A stretch of DNA of 63,203 nucleotides, filler included, from Octopus bimaculoides (GCF_001194135.2; 12 parts of 12 records of this genome joined end to end with filler, not necessarily neighbours in it); one strand, 5' to 3'; positions 37,993 through 52,002 are shown, counted from the first letter of the whole stretch. A program made the numbers and translations. The notes: a model not told the origin generated them from the letters alone.

Positions 37993-38930
37993 AGAAAATG
38001 GATCAGATATTTCTAGTGGTGACAGCGAGGACGATTTTCCACCAGAATGGAGTAAAAGCTTAAAAGATGTTTTTATTAACAATTTTTTCTGAGGAGACAG
38101 GGTTTACCCATACGTAGTCTTTCTCAGGAAGCAAAACCATTAGACTTTTTCCAGCATGCTTCTTTGAAGCAATCACTGCGGAAACAAACTGTAAAAAAAA
38201 AAAAGATAGCTTCTGGTTTCCCACAACCGTAGAAGAAATACGGGCATTTTTGCCAAAAATATTATTATGGGTATTAGACAGTTACCCAGAATAACAAATT
38301 ACTGGAGCAATCAGGAACCTTTTGGCGATCAGTAGGTTTCCAGTATTATGACCCAAATACAATTTGTAAAACTGAACCAGTATTTACATGTGAGAGACAC
38401 TAGCAGTACCCCAATACATGGAGAACTAAACCTTGATCCCTTATTTGAAATAAGACCCCTCATCGATTGCATTTAAAATGCATACGAAACATTTTATAAC
38501 CCTGAGAGATAATTATCTGTCAATGAGGGCATGGTGGGGTATAAAAGGGTACACTTCCGACAGTATATGCCAGGAAAGCCCACAAAATGGGGGACCAAAG
38601 TTTGTGAAGCAAATACTAGGTACTGCTGTGGATTTAGTTTTTATACAGGGAAAAAGAGACAATAATGTTAGTCAGCATGGCCTAGAGTACAAAGTAGTCT
38701 GGAATTTATCAATTCCATACCATAACCAGGGCCGTATATTATTTCTTAACTGATTTCTTTTTAGTTCGGCCAATCTTGTAGTGGATTTAGAAGCTGTGGC
38801 AACATATACATGTGCTACAGTAATTGCTTGCAGAAAAGGGCTGCCGTAGTTATAAAAATAGCAAAATTAAAAAACAGAGGTGAAATAATTCAACAGCAGA
38901 AAGGAAATCTGCTAGCGACCACATACAAAC
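37993..38930 (+). mobile_element. piggyBac (PGBD4-like) transposase remnant
   Basis: PLDFF, TT.EEIRAF...I.MGI..LP...YWS, LSVNEGMVGYK, RQYMPGKPTKWGTK; multiple stops and frameshifts. Confidence 0.85.
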
Positions 38931-41518
38931 TCCCACTGTCCTTCTACAAATCTTTCATGGTATTGTTTTGTTGAATTTCGATTCCTCAATTTCGACTAAA
39001 TCCTAGGCCACCATTGGGTTGGTCCGTATGCAGTTTTGTCTCCACCGACCACTGACAGTACGAAAAACAGTCTGCTATGGTTTCTGTGGACATTACTAAC
39101 ACGTTGTCATTATCAGAGTTACTGTCCACCAATGAAATGTTTCATGAACAGTTTGCTGTTCATACCTGTGAATACAAGAGTAACCGATAGCAAACTTTCA
39201 GAGAAAAAAGATTATTATGGCGAGACCAAGTTCCTTTCCAAAGTGGCATTTGGTTTTTCACTGTCTTACAACAAATAATTTCATTACGCAGAGATGGATA
39301 TGCCAGTTAACACCGTCCCCGCACTTACTAAAGAAAAATTCGATGATATCGTCAAAAACTCCACAGCACAACCGTATACATGGGTGTATAGATTCAATGA
39401 TGAGAACGAGTTTTGTAACTTTCGATTTTCATTTTATAGAAAAAAAACACTTTCATTTCACTTTCTGTTACAGTATATACCCATTTCTCTGGAAGAAATC
39501 TTTGTAGAAAATTAAGTAGATGGATTACGTATTTCTTTGATTATTTTATTGCAGTTTTTTTCCTGAAGGTGGCGACAATGATGAAACATTCGAGCCAGGA
39601 ATGAGTACCTGCCCATACTTTCCAAATCAACTATAAAGATTGGCAATAATATTCTACCTAAAGGGTGGCGAGCTGGCAGACAAAATCTCAATAAGCATTT
39701 CGCCCGGCGTGCTATGTTCTGAGTTCAAATTCCACTGAGGTTGACTTTGCCTCTCATCCTTTCGGGGTCAATTAAATAAGTACCAGTTACATACTGGGGT
39801 CGATGTAAGTTTGTTCCCTCTATGTTTAGCCCCCTGTGGGCAATGAAGAAATAAATAATGTTCTATCTTTTCTAGCAAAAGTGACATTGTGGCCTGGACA
39901 AAGCAAGGTTTGTTGCAAAAGTTGCAGGCCACAGAGGATGTGCCACCAAAAATTCTCCCCTCATGCACTACGCCTGCCTCACCCCATCACTCCTACAGCC
40001 TACCCAACCAAATATCGTCTGTAATTCAATCTGTCCTGTCAACACTGCCATCGGCTTAGATTTTAAATCATGTCATTCAACCCAGACTAAAAGGAGTGTA
40101 CTATTTAATATGGCCTGATATAGGAAGAAAAAAAAAATGCAAAATATGAGATATTTGTTCCATTACTAATATTACAGCACCAGTGGTTTTATAGATTCGA
40201 ATCGATTAAGATTTGTTCTGCTGTCTCCTCTAAAAGGAGAAGAGAAATTCTGCTTTCTATCCGTAATAGCTATAGCGAAAGATATGATATGGATGATGCG
40301 TGGAAGAGGTATCGCATCAGGCACCTTCGTTTCTGGGCATGCTTTGGTTAACCTCTTTTCATATCACCTAAGAGGGAAAGCATGTCTGGNNNNNNNNNNN
40401 NNNNNNNNNNNNNNNNNNNNNNNNNNNNNNNNNNNNNNNNNNNNNNNNNNNNNNNNNNNNNNNNNNNNNNNNNNNNNNNNNNNNNNNNNNNNNNNNNNNN
40501 NNNNNNNNNNNNNNNNNNNNNNNNNNNNNNNNNNNNNNNNNNNNNNNNNNNNNNNNNNNNNNNNNNNNNNNNNNNNNNNNNNNNNNNNNNNNNNNNNNNN
40601 NNNNNNNNNNNNNNNNNNNNNNNNNNNNNNNNNNNNNNNNNNNNNNNNNNNNNNNNNNNNNNNNNNNNNNNNNNNNNNNNNNNNNNNNNNNNNNNNNNNN
40701 NNNNNNNNNNNNNNNNNNNNNNNNNNNNNNNNNNNNNNNNNNNNNNNNNNNNNNNNNNNNNNNNNNNNNNNGGGGGAAAAGAAGTTTTGAATTTGGGAAA
40801 GCTAAAAAATTTTTTGTAAATTTGGGAAAAATTTTTAAAGATTTTTTTTTTTCAATTTGGGATTTGAGGGGTGGGAAAAATTTTTTTTTTTAAATTTGGG
40901 AAAATATGAAAAAAAAAAAATTTCTTCAAATTTGGAAAAATTAAAAAAAATTTTTTTAACATGCATAGAACAAATTCACAAAAATTTTCTGCAAATACTC
41001 AAAAAATAAAAGTTTATAGGGTGGTTTATATGCAGTGTGTAAAAGCAGAGTTCTGCCGAACATTTTTCTGTCCCAGTTGGTGATTTCAGTTTCCACAAAT
41101 GGAAATAACTTAGTGTATTAACATTGAATCTGCATCCCTCGCAAACCATTGACACATTTGAGAGGGTGGTGAAATTAAGAATAACTGACCCCTGGCTTTT
41201 GTAAGGACTAAGACAGCTTAACAGGAAAAGAGGGTGTATTTAAAACAGCCATGTTCTCTTCCTTCTAGCAGATGTCAACAACAGAGACTAAATTAGAACT
41301 GAAGTATTAAACCAAGCTGGAGCACCTACATCAGCCACAAGGCCAGCGGAGCCAGAAGGATGTACCCTTGGATTCTTAGAGACCTTTCTAGACCACAAAT
41401 CCAGTTGCCATCATCCTTTTGTCCCCTATGTTTTACAGAGCCCCTCACATGGTGTACTCAGTCCCACTGATGTGGTGTCTTCTCACTAAAGAAAATATTA
41501 AGTGAATAATTGTAGAGA

Positions 41519-41802
41519 GTGCCCCTGGACTGGCTCTTGTGCGGGTGGCTCATAAAATACACCATTTTGAGTGTGGCCGTTGCCAGTACCGCCTGACTGG
41601 CCTTCGTGCGGGTGACACGTAAAAGCACCCACTACACTGTGGGGTGGTTAGCGTTAGGAAGGGCATCCAGCTGTAGAAACTCTAGCAAATCAGATTGGAG
41701 CCTGGTGTTGCCATCTGGTTTCACCAGTCCTCAGTTAAATCGTCCAAACCATGCTAGCATGGAAAGCGGATGTTAAATGATGATGATGATGATGATGATG
41801 AT
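41519..41802 (+). mobile_element. Retroposon family D, short copy
   Basis: gtgcccctggactggc...ggcgttaggaagggcatccagc...catggaaagcggatgttaaa(tga)n. Confidence 0.85.
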
Positions 41803-42188
41803 CACTAGCAGATGTTAATCCACCTGCAAAAAAAAAAAAAAAAAACTGCAACCACCCTGGAGACAGAGAGAAAAAAAAAAGTCACTGTAAAGTAAGAAAC
41901 ACACCATCAGAAATGGTCAACTTCAAACTCATATTTCAACAAATTCCTCCAGAGAATACCAAACAGGTGGTCAAACACCTGGAAATGGTCCAGACAAAAC
42001 CATTTCCTACAAGAGTAAGATATAGGGTCCCACAATAAGATTTTAAAATCCTTCATCCAGCTGATGGCATATTAACCTTCAACAAAATTGACCAAAAATA
42101 AGATCATATACAGATTTGTACCTTCTGTTATGTTACCTGCAATGCATCAATATATAAACAGGTGCTCTCTTACAATTTACCTCTTGGT

Positions 42189-42451
42189 TCAGCCCCATTC
42201 TCCACCATGTGATAAGACACCGTAATCTTTCTCCATCTCTTCTGCAGCGACCAACAAACGTTGATCCTCCTCGTCGTCAGCATCCATCAACGGGTCGGTC
42301 ACTTCTTGCTTCCCTTCCACAGCCTCGACCAACAGGGAATCTTCAGTTCTTTCATGGCTTTCCAAAGCATCAACCAACAGACTGTCTTCAAAGTCCTCAT
42401 CCAATGTGGAGTCATTCAACCAGGGAAGTAAATTGTCAGGCAACAGATAAT
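42189..42451 (-). CDS. PRIMPOL: PrimPol last coding exon, acidic C-terminal tail to TGA
   Basis: ttttaag acceptor; DYLLPDNLLPWL followed by a D/E-rich tail; ORF track 42189..42443. Confidence 0.9.
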
Positions 42452-45400
42452 CTTAAAAGGAAGAGATTATATATATGTATGTATATATGTATGTATGTAT
42501 AGATTAATGCTTTGATATGGTAGTTTAGTTGTTCCTGGTGATGCTTGTTTTCAACCATCACGTTTAGTCAAAGGTACTCGCCCAGGATTTGTTTGGCCCA
42601 TAACAACAGTAGACCATTGCCAGAGATGCTACGCAGTGGGACCTCCTGGTGTTGGTTTGTTTCCATCTCCTTGGCAAGAGACCGACAGAATAAAATCTTT
42701 CAAGGCTCTGCTGCAGTCTGGCCACAGTCCTTTGATTGAAACCAATGAAGAATAGTGTGTCACAGAGAGACATCTGCTTATACCTTTCTGAGTAAATAGG
42801 GAGCATTACTGGCCCCTTAACCCTTTCAATACAAATGTCTTGTTTTCAAAAGTTCTGAATTAAACTCTTACACCAAATTTTAGTCACAATTTATATTCCT
42901 AACACTTGCTTAAATGATAACCAAGTTATTTTACTAAATTCTTTGTTATATTTTAAATAATGGAAAGAAACACAGAACATCTCAACAGAAATATGGTAAC
43001 AAAAGGGTTAACAGAAACAGCAATTGATTGCAGCAGGAAGAAGGGGAGGGGGAGGCAGTATAAAAGGGAGGTCCAAAAGCAGGTATGTTCAACCAGGGTC
43101 CATTTGACAGGGGGGGGGTCCAATGCAACAAAATAGTAGATTGGGGATTCCTTTATGATTTGTCAATTCTGGCCATTTTTCTTTGATTGCTTCCACCAGT
43201 TTCATTAGTTGTTGACAGCAAACATCTGAATTGATTGTTTGGTTTCTTCGAAGTAGCTTCGATTACACATATTGATTTATTGTGTTAAGTGAATCTCTTT
43301 CAGTTTGTGTGGAATCCAAATATCAAGCTTGTTAACCCATTACCTACCAGTGATCTCATATGAGATCACTTGAAAATTACAAATTTCGTAATTATCTGTC
43401 AATATTTACACATATCTAACCTTTTTGCTCATCTGCTAGGTATATTTCTCTGATATTCAAATGAGGTTTGCTTATTTTTCACTCAATATCTCGCTTATTT
43501 CTATTTAAAATGTTATTTTGATCATTCCAGCATGTTTCTAAGGCTGTTTTATGCTAGAAATCAAAGTTTCATAAAAAAAGATCCAGTTAATAGAATTATG
43601 GGAGACCAAGACATTTTAAGTGATTTGCAATTGTGTGTGTGATACATTCAACCTCTCTGTAATCTCTCACACAGTCATATGACAATCAGATTCAATAATG
43701 GCTTTGATTCGGTCATCATCGACTTCAGTTGGTCGACCAGGACACTGGTCATCTTTGAGTGAAAGATCTCCAGAATGGAATTTTTAAAACCATTTCTGAC
43801 ATGAGTATTCTGTTAAGCAATCAACACCATAAACTATTGTGTGAGCCTCAGCAGCTTTCTTGCCTTTACAGAAATTAAAAAGCAAAATATGGTGAAAATG
43901 TTCATTGCCCCTGGACTGGCTCGTGATGGTGGCACATAAAATACACCATTTTGAGCGTGGCCATTGCCAGTATCGCCTAACTGGCCTTCGTGCCGGTGAC
44001 ACGTAAAAGCACCCACTACACTCTCGGAGTGGTTGGCATTAGGAAGGGCATCCAGCTGTAGAAACTCTGCCAAATCAGATTGGAGCCTGGTGTATCCTTC
44101 GGGTTCCACCAGTCCTCAGTCAAATCGTCCAACCCATGCTAGCATGGAAAGCGGATGTTAAACGATGATGATGTTGAACTAACAGCTGTAAACAAAACTA
44201 CACGCAAGTTGCTTCTAAAGTAAACTAAAAGTAACGGCTTTCAAATGTCAAATGGAAAAAAAATCATAACCGTAAAAGTCATTTTAAAAAATTCTATTTA
44301 TGAAAAACGAAATTACTTTCTTGCCAACCCAATAGTTTTTAAGACCTCTTATGGTTATGGGGGTCCACCAGAATAAAATAGTAATCAAAGGGGTCCATAG
44401 ATAGAAAATGGGTGAAAACCCCTAATCAAAAAGAAGAAATGAAAGATCACCTCTCTCATACCTTCAGAACGGTAATTAATCCGTTTGCAATCTGGATCAT
44501 GGCATTTCTGGTAATAAACACATTGCTTCAGGTCCACTATTAGTCTGGAAGAGAAAAATGGGAGGAAATTCTTCTTCAGAAACACACCAAAAAGGAAATG
44601 TCGCCATTTCATTACAATTTGCATTTCAATTTCTCTTCAATATCTTTTTGGTTCCTTTTGATAAACTTGACAATATATTCAAGATCCAATGTCTTCGTGT
44701 TCGGTCAGCTTGGCTTTCTTTTCTGAATTCTTTGCCAAATCAGACTGGAACCTGGTGCAGCTCCCCAGCTTACCAGTCAAACCGTCCAACCCATGCCAGC
44801 ATGGAAAATGGATGTATGATGATGATGAAGAAGCAGGCATGTCAATTTGTAACTAATGGCTTTCGGTTCAATCCCAATGTGCTACACCTTGGGCAAGTAT
44901 TCTCTACTATAATCCCAAGCTGATCAATGCCTTTTAAGTAAGTTCAATAGGCAGAAACAGTATGGAGCCAGAGAGAGAGATGTGTCTCAGTCATTAGACT
45001 GTGGCCATGCTGGGACACCACCTTGAAGAATTTTTAGTTGAATGAGTCAATCACAAATTTTTTTTTTAAAGCTTGTTACTTATTCTATTAGTGTCTTTTT
45101 GCCAGACTGCTAAGTTATGGGAATGTAAAACACACCAATATCAATTGGCAAGTCGTGCGAAACAAGCACAAAAACGTGTGTGCGTATGTGCGTAAAGAAA
45201 AAGCAAGCTTCCTCCAATCAAATCTAGACACAGGGTCAGCTTGAAGCTATAGTAGAAGTCATTTGCCCAAAGTTTCACGCAGTGGAGCTGAACCCAGAAC
45301 CATGAGGCTGAGAAGCAAGCTTAACACACAGCCACACCTCCATAAATTATATTTTATTGGCTGAACCTCCCTTCAAAATCATATTTATATATGTGTGTGT

Positions 45401-47457
45401 ATATCCATCTATCTATATCTATATGTTAATAATTTAGAGAAGAACCACCATGGTGCAACTCAAACGATGAAGGAGATCAGACACCATCAACAAAAACGTA
45501 CTCTACAAAATACTAATTCAAAAATCTAAAAAATCCAAGAGAAAATTTGTAATCCATAAAATTCATAAAATATTTGACTAAAAATTTTAATCAGTTTAGT
45601 AAATTTATAAAAGCGAAAGTGAATGAAAGACTACGCGCATTTCATGGCCACATAAAAGTGGGAGAGATTTGGTCAATCTACAATGAATCGATTAAGATAA
45701 ATAACACTCATCAGGTCTTGTGACTTCAAAAAACATATTCCTAATATTTAAAAATACGATAAAATAACAAGTACACTGTGTATGTACATACAAGTCTCAA
45801 ACTCTTTTCAAGAGAACTAAACCCTTCTCTAATACTGAAATTCTTCAAAATATACACAAGACTAACAAAAAAAAAAAAAATTTTAATCTCCATCTTTAAC
45901 CCTTTCGTATTCAGATTATTGTTTCAACAGAATGTAAAGTTTCTTTATATTATTTCAAAATTAATCAGATTATTTTGTAGTTCAAGAGATTACAATGATG
46001 TGATTTGTTAGTTTTAGAACAAGATTTTAGGGTTGTTGTTTGAGGCCGGATCTGGCCAGTTTCAACATTTTGGCTCAATTTGGCCAGTTTGAATGCAAAA
46101 TGAACGAAAGTGTAAGATACAGAAAAAAAATAACAAATGTTAAGAATGAAACTGAAGTTAACGTGAAAGCCACTCCCCTACCTGATGTTGTTACTTCGGT
46201 GTTCACGACCAATGTTACCACACCATCGGTACTGGCAGATGTCGTAGCCTAAGAGATTCTCATTGCTGAAATACATCCATCGGAAGATTCTTCCTCTGCG
46301 GCTTTGAGTGGAAATGATGGAGTTAATAAATGCATCGATCTCAGGATACGGAGAAGGATTCGAGGAATAGTCTCCCTTGAGGTTATCTGTAAGGAGGAAC
46401 GATGAAATTGAGTTTTTATATACTAGTAAGGGTGTCTTATGAGAGAAAGGGAGGGAGAGAGAAAGTGAAGGAAGGGCACCAGTACCACTGTTTTTTACAT
46501 GGCACCAACACCTTAATTATAGTCCCTTCTAATATAGGCACAAAGCCTGAAATTTTGCTGGAGAGAGGCTAATTGATTACATCCACCGAGACCTTTCGAA
46601 ATATGCAGTGCGTGAGAAGACCCGGTAAGCCAAGTGAGACCTAAATCCAAGGCCTCTGCCAGGGGTGTAGCCAGCCCACTTATGCGCACCTTCCGCATTG
46701 GACACTAAACTACGTTTGCGAAGACCTGTTGAGGCAAGTGAAATCGAAATGGAACTAAATTTGACAACTGGCACCCATGCCAACGTCGTCTCCTTCATTG
46801 GACACCAAACTTGGCTTGCGAAAACCTGTTGTAGCAAGCGAAAGCGAAAAAGTGAAATCGAGACGGCACCTGTGCCCAGTGTCGCCTTCCTGGCATGTAC
46901 ACAGACATTTGAGCAAGATCATTGCCAGTGCCACTGGACTGGCTCGTGTGCAGGTGGCACATAAAATACACCATTTCGAGCGTGGCCGTTGCCAGTACCG
47001 CCTGACTGGCCTTCATGCCGGTGGCATGTAAAAGAACCCACTACACTCTCGGAGTGGTTGGCGTTAGGAAGGGCATCCAGCTGTAGAAACTCTGCCAAAT
47101 CAGATTGGAGCCTAGTGTAGCCATCTGGTTTCACCAGTCCTCAGTCAAATCGTCCAACCCATGCTAGCATGGAAAGCAGACGTTAAACGATGATGATGAT
47201 GATGATAGTATATGGCCAGTTCTTTATTTTATCAACCCCAAAAGGATGAAAGGCAAAGTCAACTCCAGTGAAATATGAACTCAGAACAAAGCCAGGAAGA
47301 ATTGCCGCTAAGTGTTTGCCTTAAATACTAATAAGAAAATCTTTCGTACCTTCATTCTTTTGTACAGCCAACAATCTCTTCTGTTTCAACTTGATTTCAC
47401 CAGGAGTGTTAAATGTTAAGATCCTCAGGTCCTGATGGTATCTGGAATACAAAAATG

Positions 47458-47500
<43 letters not shown>

Positions 47501-48533
47501 AACACACACCTGTGCAGGCATACACATACATATATATTTACTAGTTTTACATTTGGTTTTCCAGGCTAGCATGGGTTAGAGCAATACACATTACTGAGGC
47601 ATTGTATCACAGCTAGATGCCTTCTCTGTCACTAACCCTCATCTATTTTTCAAGCAACAGATTTCTTTTAATTATGCATGTCTTGGAATGCACAAGAGCT
47701 GCCAGAGACTTTTTCTTTTTTTGACATAACAAGAATCTGTTCCAATTATAACTGAGCACAAATCCCTCGGAAGGGATGACAAGCTAAGTTGACCTTGGTG
47801 GAATTTAAACTCAAAATGTTAAGACAGACAAAACGCAATTATGCATTTTGTCAGGTGTGCTAATGATTCTGCCAGCTCACCACCTTAATAATAGGCTAGT
47901 TAGAAAAGAGGTTCTAGATTAAAATTAGCCAACAGATGTGCATGTCGGGGACAAAATTCATTTATGAGAAACCTAGCTTTGCATTTATGTACTTCTTACA
48001 TGCCATCAAATATGGTGGGGGGGGGGGGNNNNNNNNNNGGGGGGGGGGAGGCTTCCCAACTCCATGATTCTGGGTTCAGCCCCACTGCATGGCACCATAG
48101 GCAAGTGTCTTTTACTATAGCCCCAGGCTGACCAAAGCTGTTTGAGTGTGGAGTGGGTGGACAGAAATTGGAAAGAAGCCAGTCACATGCATATGTATGT
48201 GTCCGTCTGTCTGTCTGTCCCCCACCAATGCTTGATAACTGGTGTTGGTGTGTTTACATCCCTGCTGTAACTTAGCAGCTGAGAAAAAGAGACCACTAGA
48301 ATAAGTACAAGGCTTATATATATGTGTGTGTATATATATATATATACATATATAAATAGGCGCAGGAGTGGCGGTGGTAAGTAGCTTGCTTACCAACCAC
48401 ATGGTTCCGGGTTCAGTCCCACTGCGTGGCATCTTGGGCAAGTGTTTTCTACTATAGCCTCGGGCCGACCAAAGCCTTGTAAGTGGATTTGGTAGACGGA
48501 AACTGAAAAGCCCGTCGGATATATGTGTGTGTG

Positions 48534-48584
<51 letters not shown>

Positions 48585-51500
48585 TGCTCCCTCTAGCATT
48601 GCTTGACAACCGATGCTGGTGTGTTTATGTCCCCGTCACTTAGCGGTTCAGCAAAAGAGACCAATAAAATAAGTACTAGGCATACAAAGAATAAGTCCTG
48701 GGGTCGATTTGCTCGACTAAAGGTGGTGCTCCAGCATGGCCGCAGTCAAATGACTGAAACAAGTAAAAGAGTAAATAAATAAAAGAAAAAGTACTGGGGT
48801 CAATTCATTTGACTGAAAATTCAAGGCAGTGCCGTAGTATGGCCACAGTCTAACGACAAGTAAAAGATAAAAAAAAAACAAAAAAACATACTTACTGTAC
48901 ATTGGCAATTAGGGAATCAAAAAAGACACTCTGCTGATCCGATTGATCTGTAGGGTATTGATTATGACCCGACACAAGCAAGGGATTCTTTTTGCGAAGT
49001 TTTGAAGACAGGAATAAACGAAAGTTCCGATTCTTTGAGTAGACACCTGCAGGAGAGACAAGACATAGAAACCATAGAGAGAATGTTTTTCTGTGATAAG
49101 GTAGAGGAAGGGCAGTAGTTGATACGACTTGGCACAACATGATGGTTATCAAATGATAGAGAGAACCAGCCGGAGGGCTGGCAGAATCATTAGCACACCT
49201 GACGAAAGACATAATTGCGTTTTGTCTGTCTTTACATTTTGAGTTCAAATTCCACCAAGGTCAGCTTAGCCTGTCATCCCTTTCGAGGGATTTGTACTGA
49301 GTTACAATTGGAACAGATTCTTGTTATTTTGTCAATAAAAAAAAAAAATTGCCATACAGTGGGACAGAGGAATTGAACATGGAGCCATGTGGTTGGAAAG
49401 CAGTCATCTTACCACACAGCCATGTGTGTGTGTGTGTGTGTTATGATGTGCCTCTTCAGCTTCTGTCAACCAAATCTACTTAACCAGGTGCCATAAAGTG
49501 AAACAGAAGCCGCAATCTCACACGGTTAGGAAGCAAACTTAAGCACTCAACCACATCTGCTCCTGAAAGCATCAAAGAATGAGGAAGCAGGCAAGAATGG
49601 AACATTATTCCTAACTGTACAGATACTTACCAAGATCACAGATTGCAGTTTCATCTCCATCTTTGTCAAAAACCACAGTTTCTTTTAAATCCGACAGAGA
49701 AAATTGCGAAAGAACTTTCCCTGGCTCACACAAGATGTCACGGCCGTTTATGACAACAGAAGACGAGGCGTTAATGTTCTGTGATGGTGATGAGGTGGAT
49801 GTTGGTAATTGTGGCGAAAGATGTTGCTGTCTTGAACTGGAACTATCCTCGATAGTTGCTGGTGTTGCAGGGGGAGGAGTTTTAGACAGGTCAACCACCG
49901 CAGGATCTTCTGGTAACAGGAGTTTACTTTGATCCGAGTCTGCTCTGTTCTGCCGTAACCAAGTTACGAGATGAGAACAGATAAACTGAACAAACGAACC
50001 TGGATTTAAACAGAAAGAGAAAAAAAAAGCCAATTAACATGTGTGTGTGTGTACATTTGTTCATGTGTGTGCCAGCCCGCTGCCTTAGTTTTCTATTTAT
50101 TATAGGCACAAAGGTATGAGGCTTAGTCGATTACATTACCCCAGTGTTCAAGTGGTACTTAATTGACCCCAAAAGGATAAAAGGCAAAGTTGACCTCAGC
50201 AGAATTTGAACTTAGAACTTAGTAATGGGCGAAATACCACAGCATTTTGCCCAAGCTAATAACCCTGCCAGCTCGCTGCTTTAATAATAAACCTGTCTAC
50301 AATAAGCATAAGACCTGAAGTGGTTAGTCAATTAATATTGATCCCTGTGCTTAATTAGTACTTGCTTTATCGACCCTGAAAGAATGAAAAGTAAAGTTGA
50401 CATCAGTAGCATTTGAACTCAGAATGTAGAAGTCAGAAGAACTGTTGCTAAGCATTTTGTCCAGCATGCCGACACTTTTGTCGGCTCACTGCTTTGCTAG
50501 AAATCAGATGCTATAATTATGTAGTAGTAGTAGACTTACCGACATGGGAATTGTCTTTGAACGCTGCTTGATTGAGGATAAAGATCAAATGTTCACTGTA
50601 TTTGGAACTGGTACTGAAAAAGAAAAAAATTGGAAAGGTGTTTGAAATTGGCATCACCACCACTGTAATCATCATGAAATAACAGTGAATGTTTAGTTGG
50701 TCACTCAACATGCAAGAAATAGCTGTTAAATTTCTATAAACTTACACTCCTTAACATCTTACTGGAAAAAAAATCTATTATGTACAGGCATAGACAGAGA
50801 CATTTGTGTGTATGTATGTATAATAATAATAATCCTTTATACCTTAGGCATAAAGCCTAAAATTTTGGGATAAGGAACCGGTCAATTACATGGACCACAG
50901 TGCTTAACTGGAACTCATTTTATTGACCCTGAAAGAATGAAAAGCAAAGCTGACCTCGGCAGAATTTGGACTCAAAAGACTAACGAAATATCGCTAAGCA
51001 TTTTGCCCAGTATGCTAACAAAACTGCTAGCTCACTACCTTTGTTGACCTTGGTAGAATCTACATTGCGTGAGAAGCTGGATCTGGCCAGTTTGAACACA
51101 AAACAGGAGGCACAGTTGGGCCAGATAGGGCCGGTTAAAATGCTAATGGGTTAAGTGTAACAGTAGCAGTTGTACATCTATTTCTACTTTATATATCTCA
51201 GGATAGGCTTCCACACAGTTTCCATCTTCCAAATGGACTCAAGCGTTTGATCTACCTGGGGACAGAGTAGGAAAAATGTGCTCAAGTTGCTTTGCTGTGT
51301 ATGGATGTAAGTGGAAATGTGTGTCAATGTATAAATGCCTCTTACATAAGACCACCTCCTCCAATGCCCCTTCTCCTCACAACGGATCTTTGTCTGGCAT
51401 GTTACTTGGTGCATGTTAAATGATGATGATGATGATGAAGGCTTTAACATTAACAGCATTGGAAGTGAAAAACCATACCTGGCATCCAACCGTAGCACAC

Positions 51501-52002
51501 ATCTGCAATCACAGGGAACCTTGAACAGGTATTGTATCCAAGCACAGACATACTGGAAAACAGATGCAGAAACAAAATGGAATCATATTATTATTTGGTA
51601 TGCGTGCATGTATATGTCTTATCTTTCACTTGTTTCAATAATTAGACCGTGGCCATGCTGGGGCACTGCCATGAGGAATTTTTAGTTGAATGAATGGACT
51701 CCAGTACTTAATTTTTTAAAACTTTGTACTTATTCTATTGGTCTCTTTTACCGAACCACTAAGTTACAGGAATGTAAACACAACAGCAGCAGTTGTCAAG
51801 TGGTAGTGTGGGACAAACAGACACAAAGGCACACAAGCTTCTTTTAATTTCCGTCTACCAAGTCCACACACAAGGCTTTGGTCAGTCCAAGGTTATAGCA
51901 GAAGAGACTTGCCCAAGGTGTCATGCAGTGGGACTGAACCCAGAACCGTGTGGTTCGTAAGCAAGCTACTTACCAGACAGCCACTCCTGCATGAACATAT
52001 AT

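Noticed and set aside
40772-40960. Unusual homopolymer-run sequence (gggaaaaatttt...) after a gap
   Set aside because: Typical low-quality read-end artefact.
45455-45505. Possible decayed hammerhead (acgatgaagg...aaaacgtactct)
   Set aside because: Both core strands are mutated and the helices are not supported in this copy.
46715-46755. CTGTTGAG...CGAAA hammerhead-like words
   Set aside because: A6 is missing and stem II does not pair.
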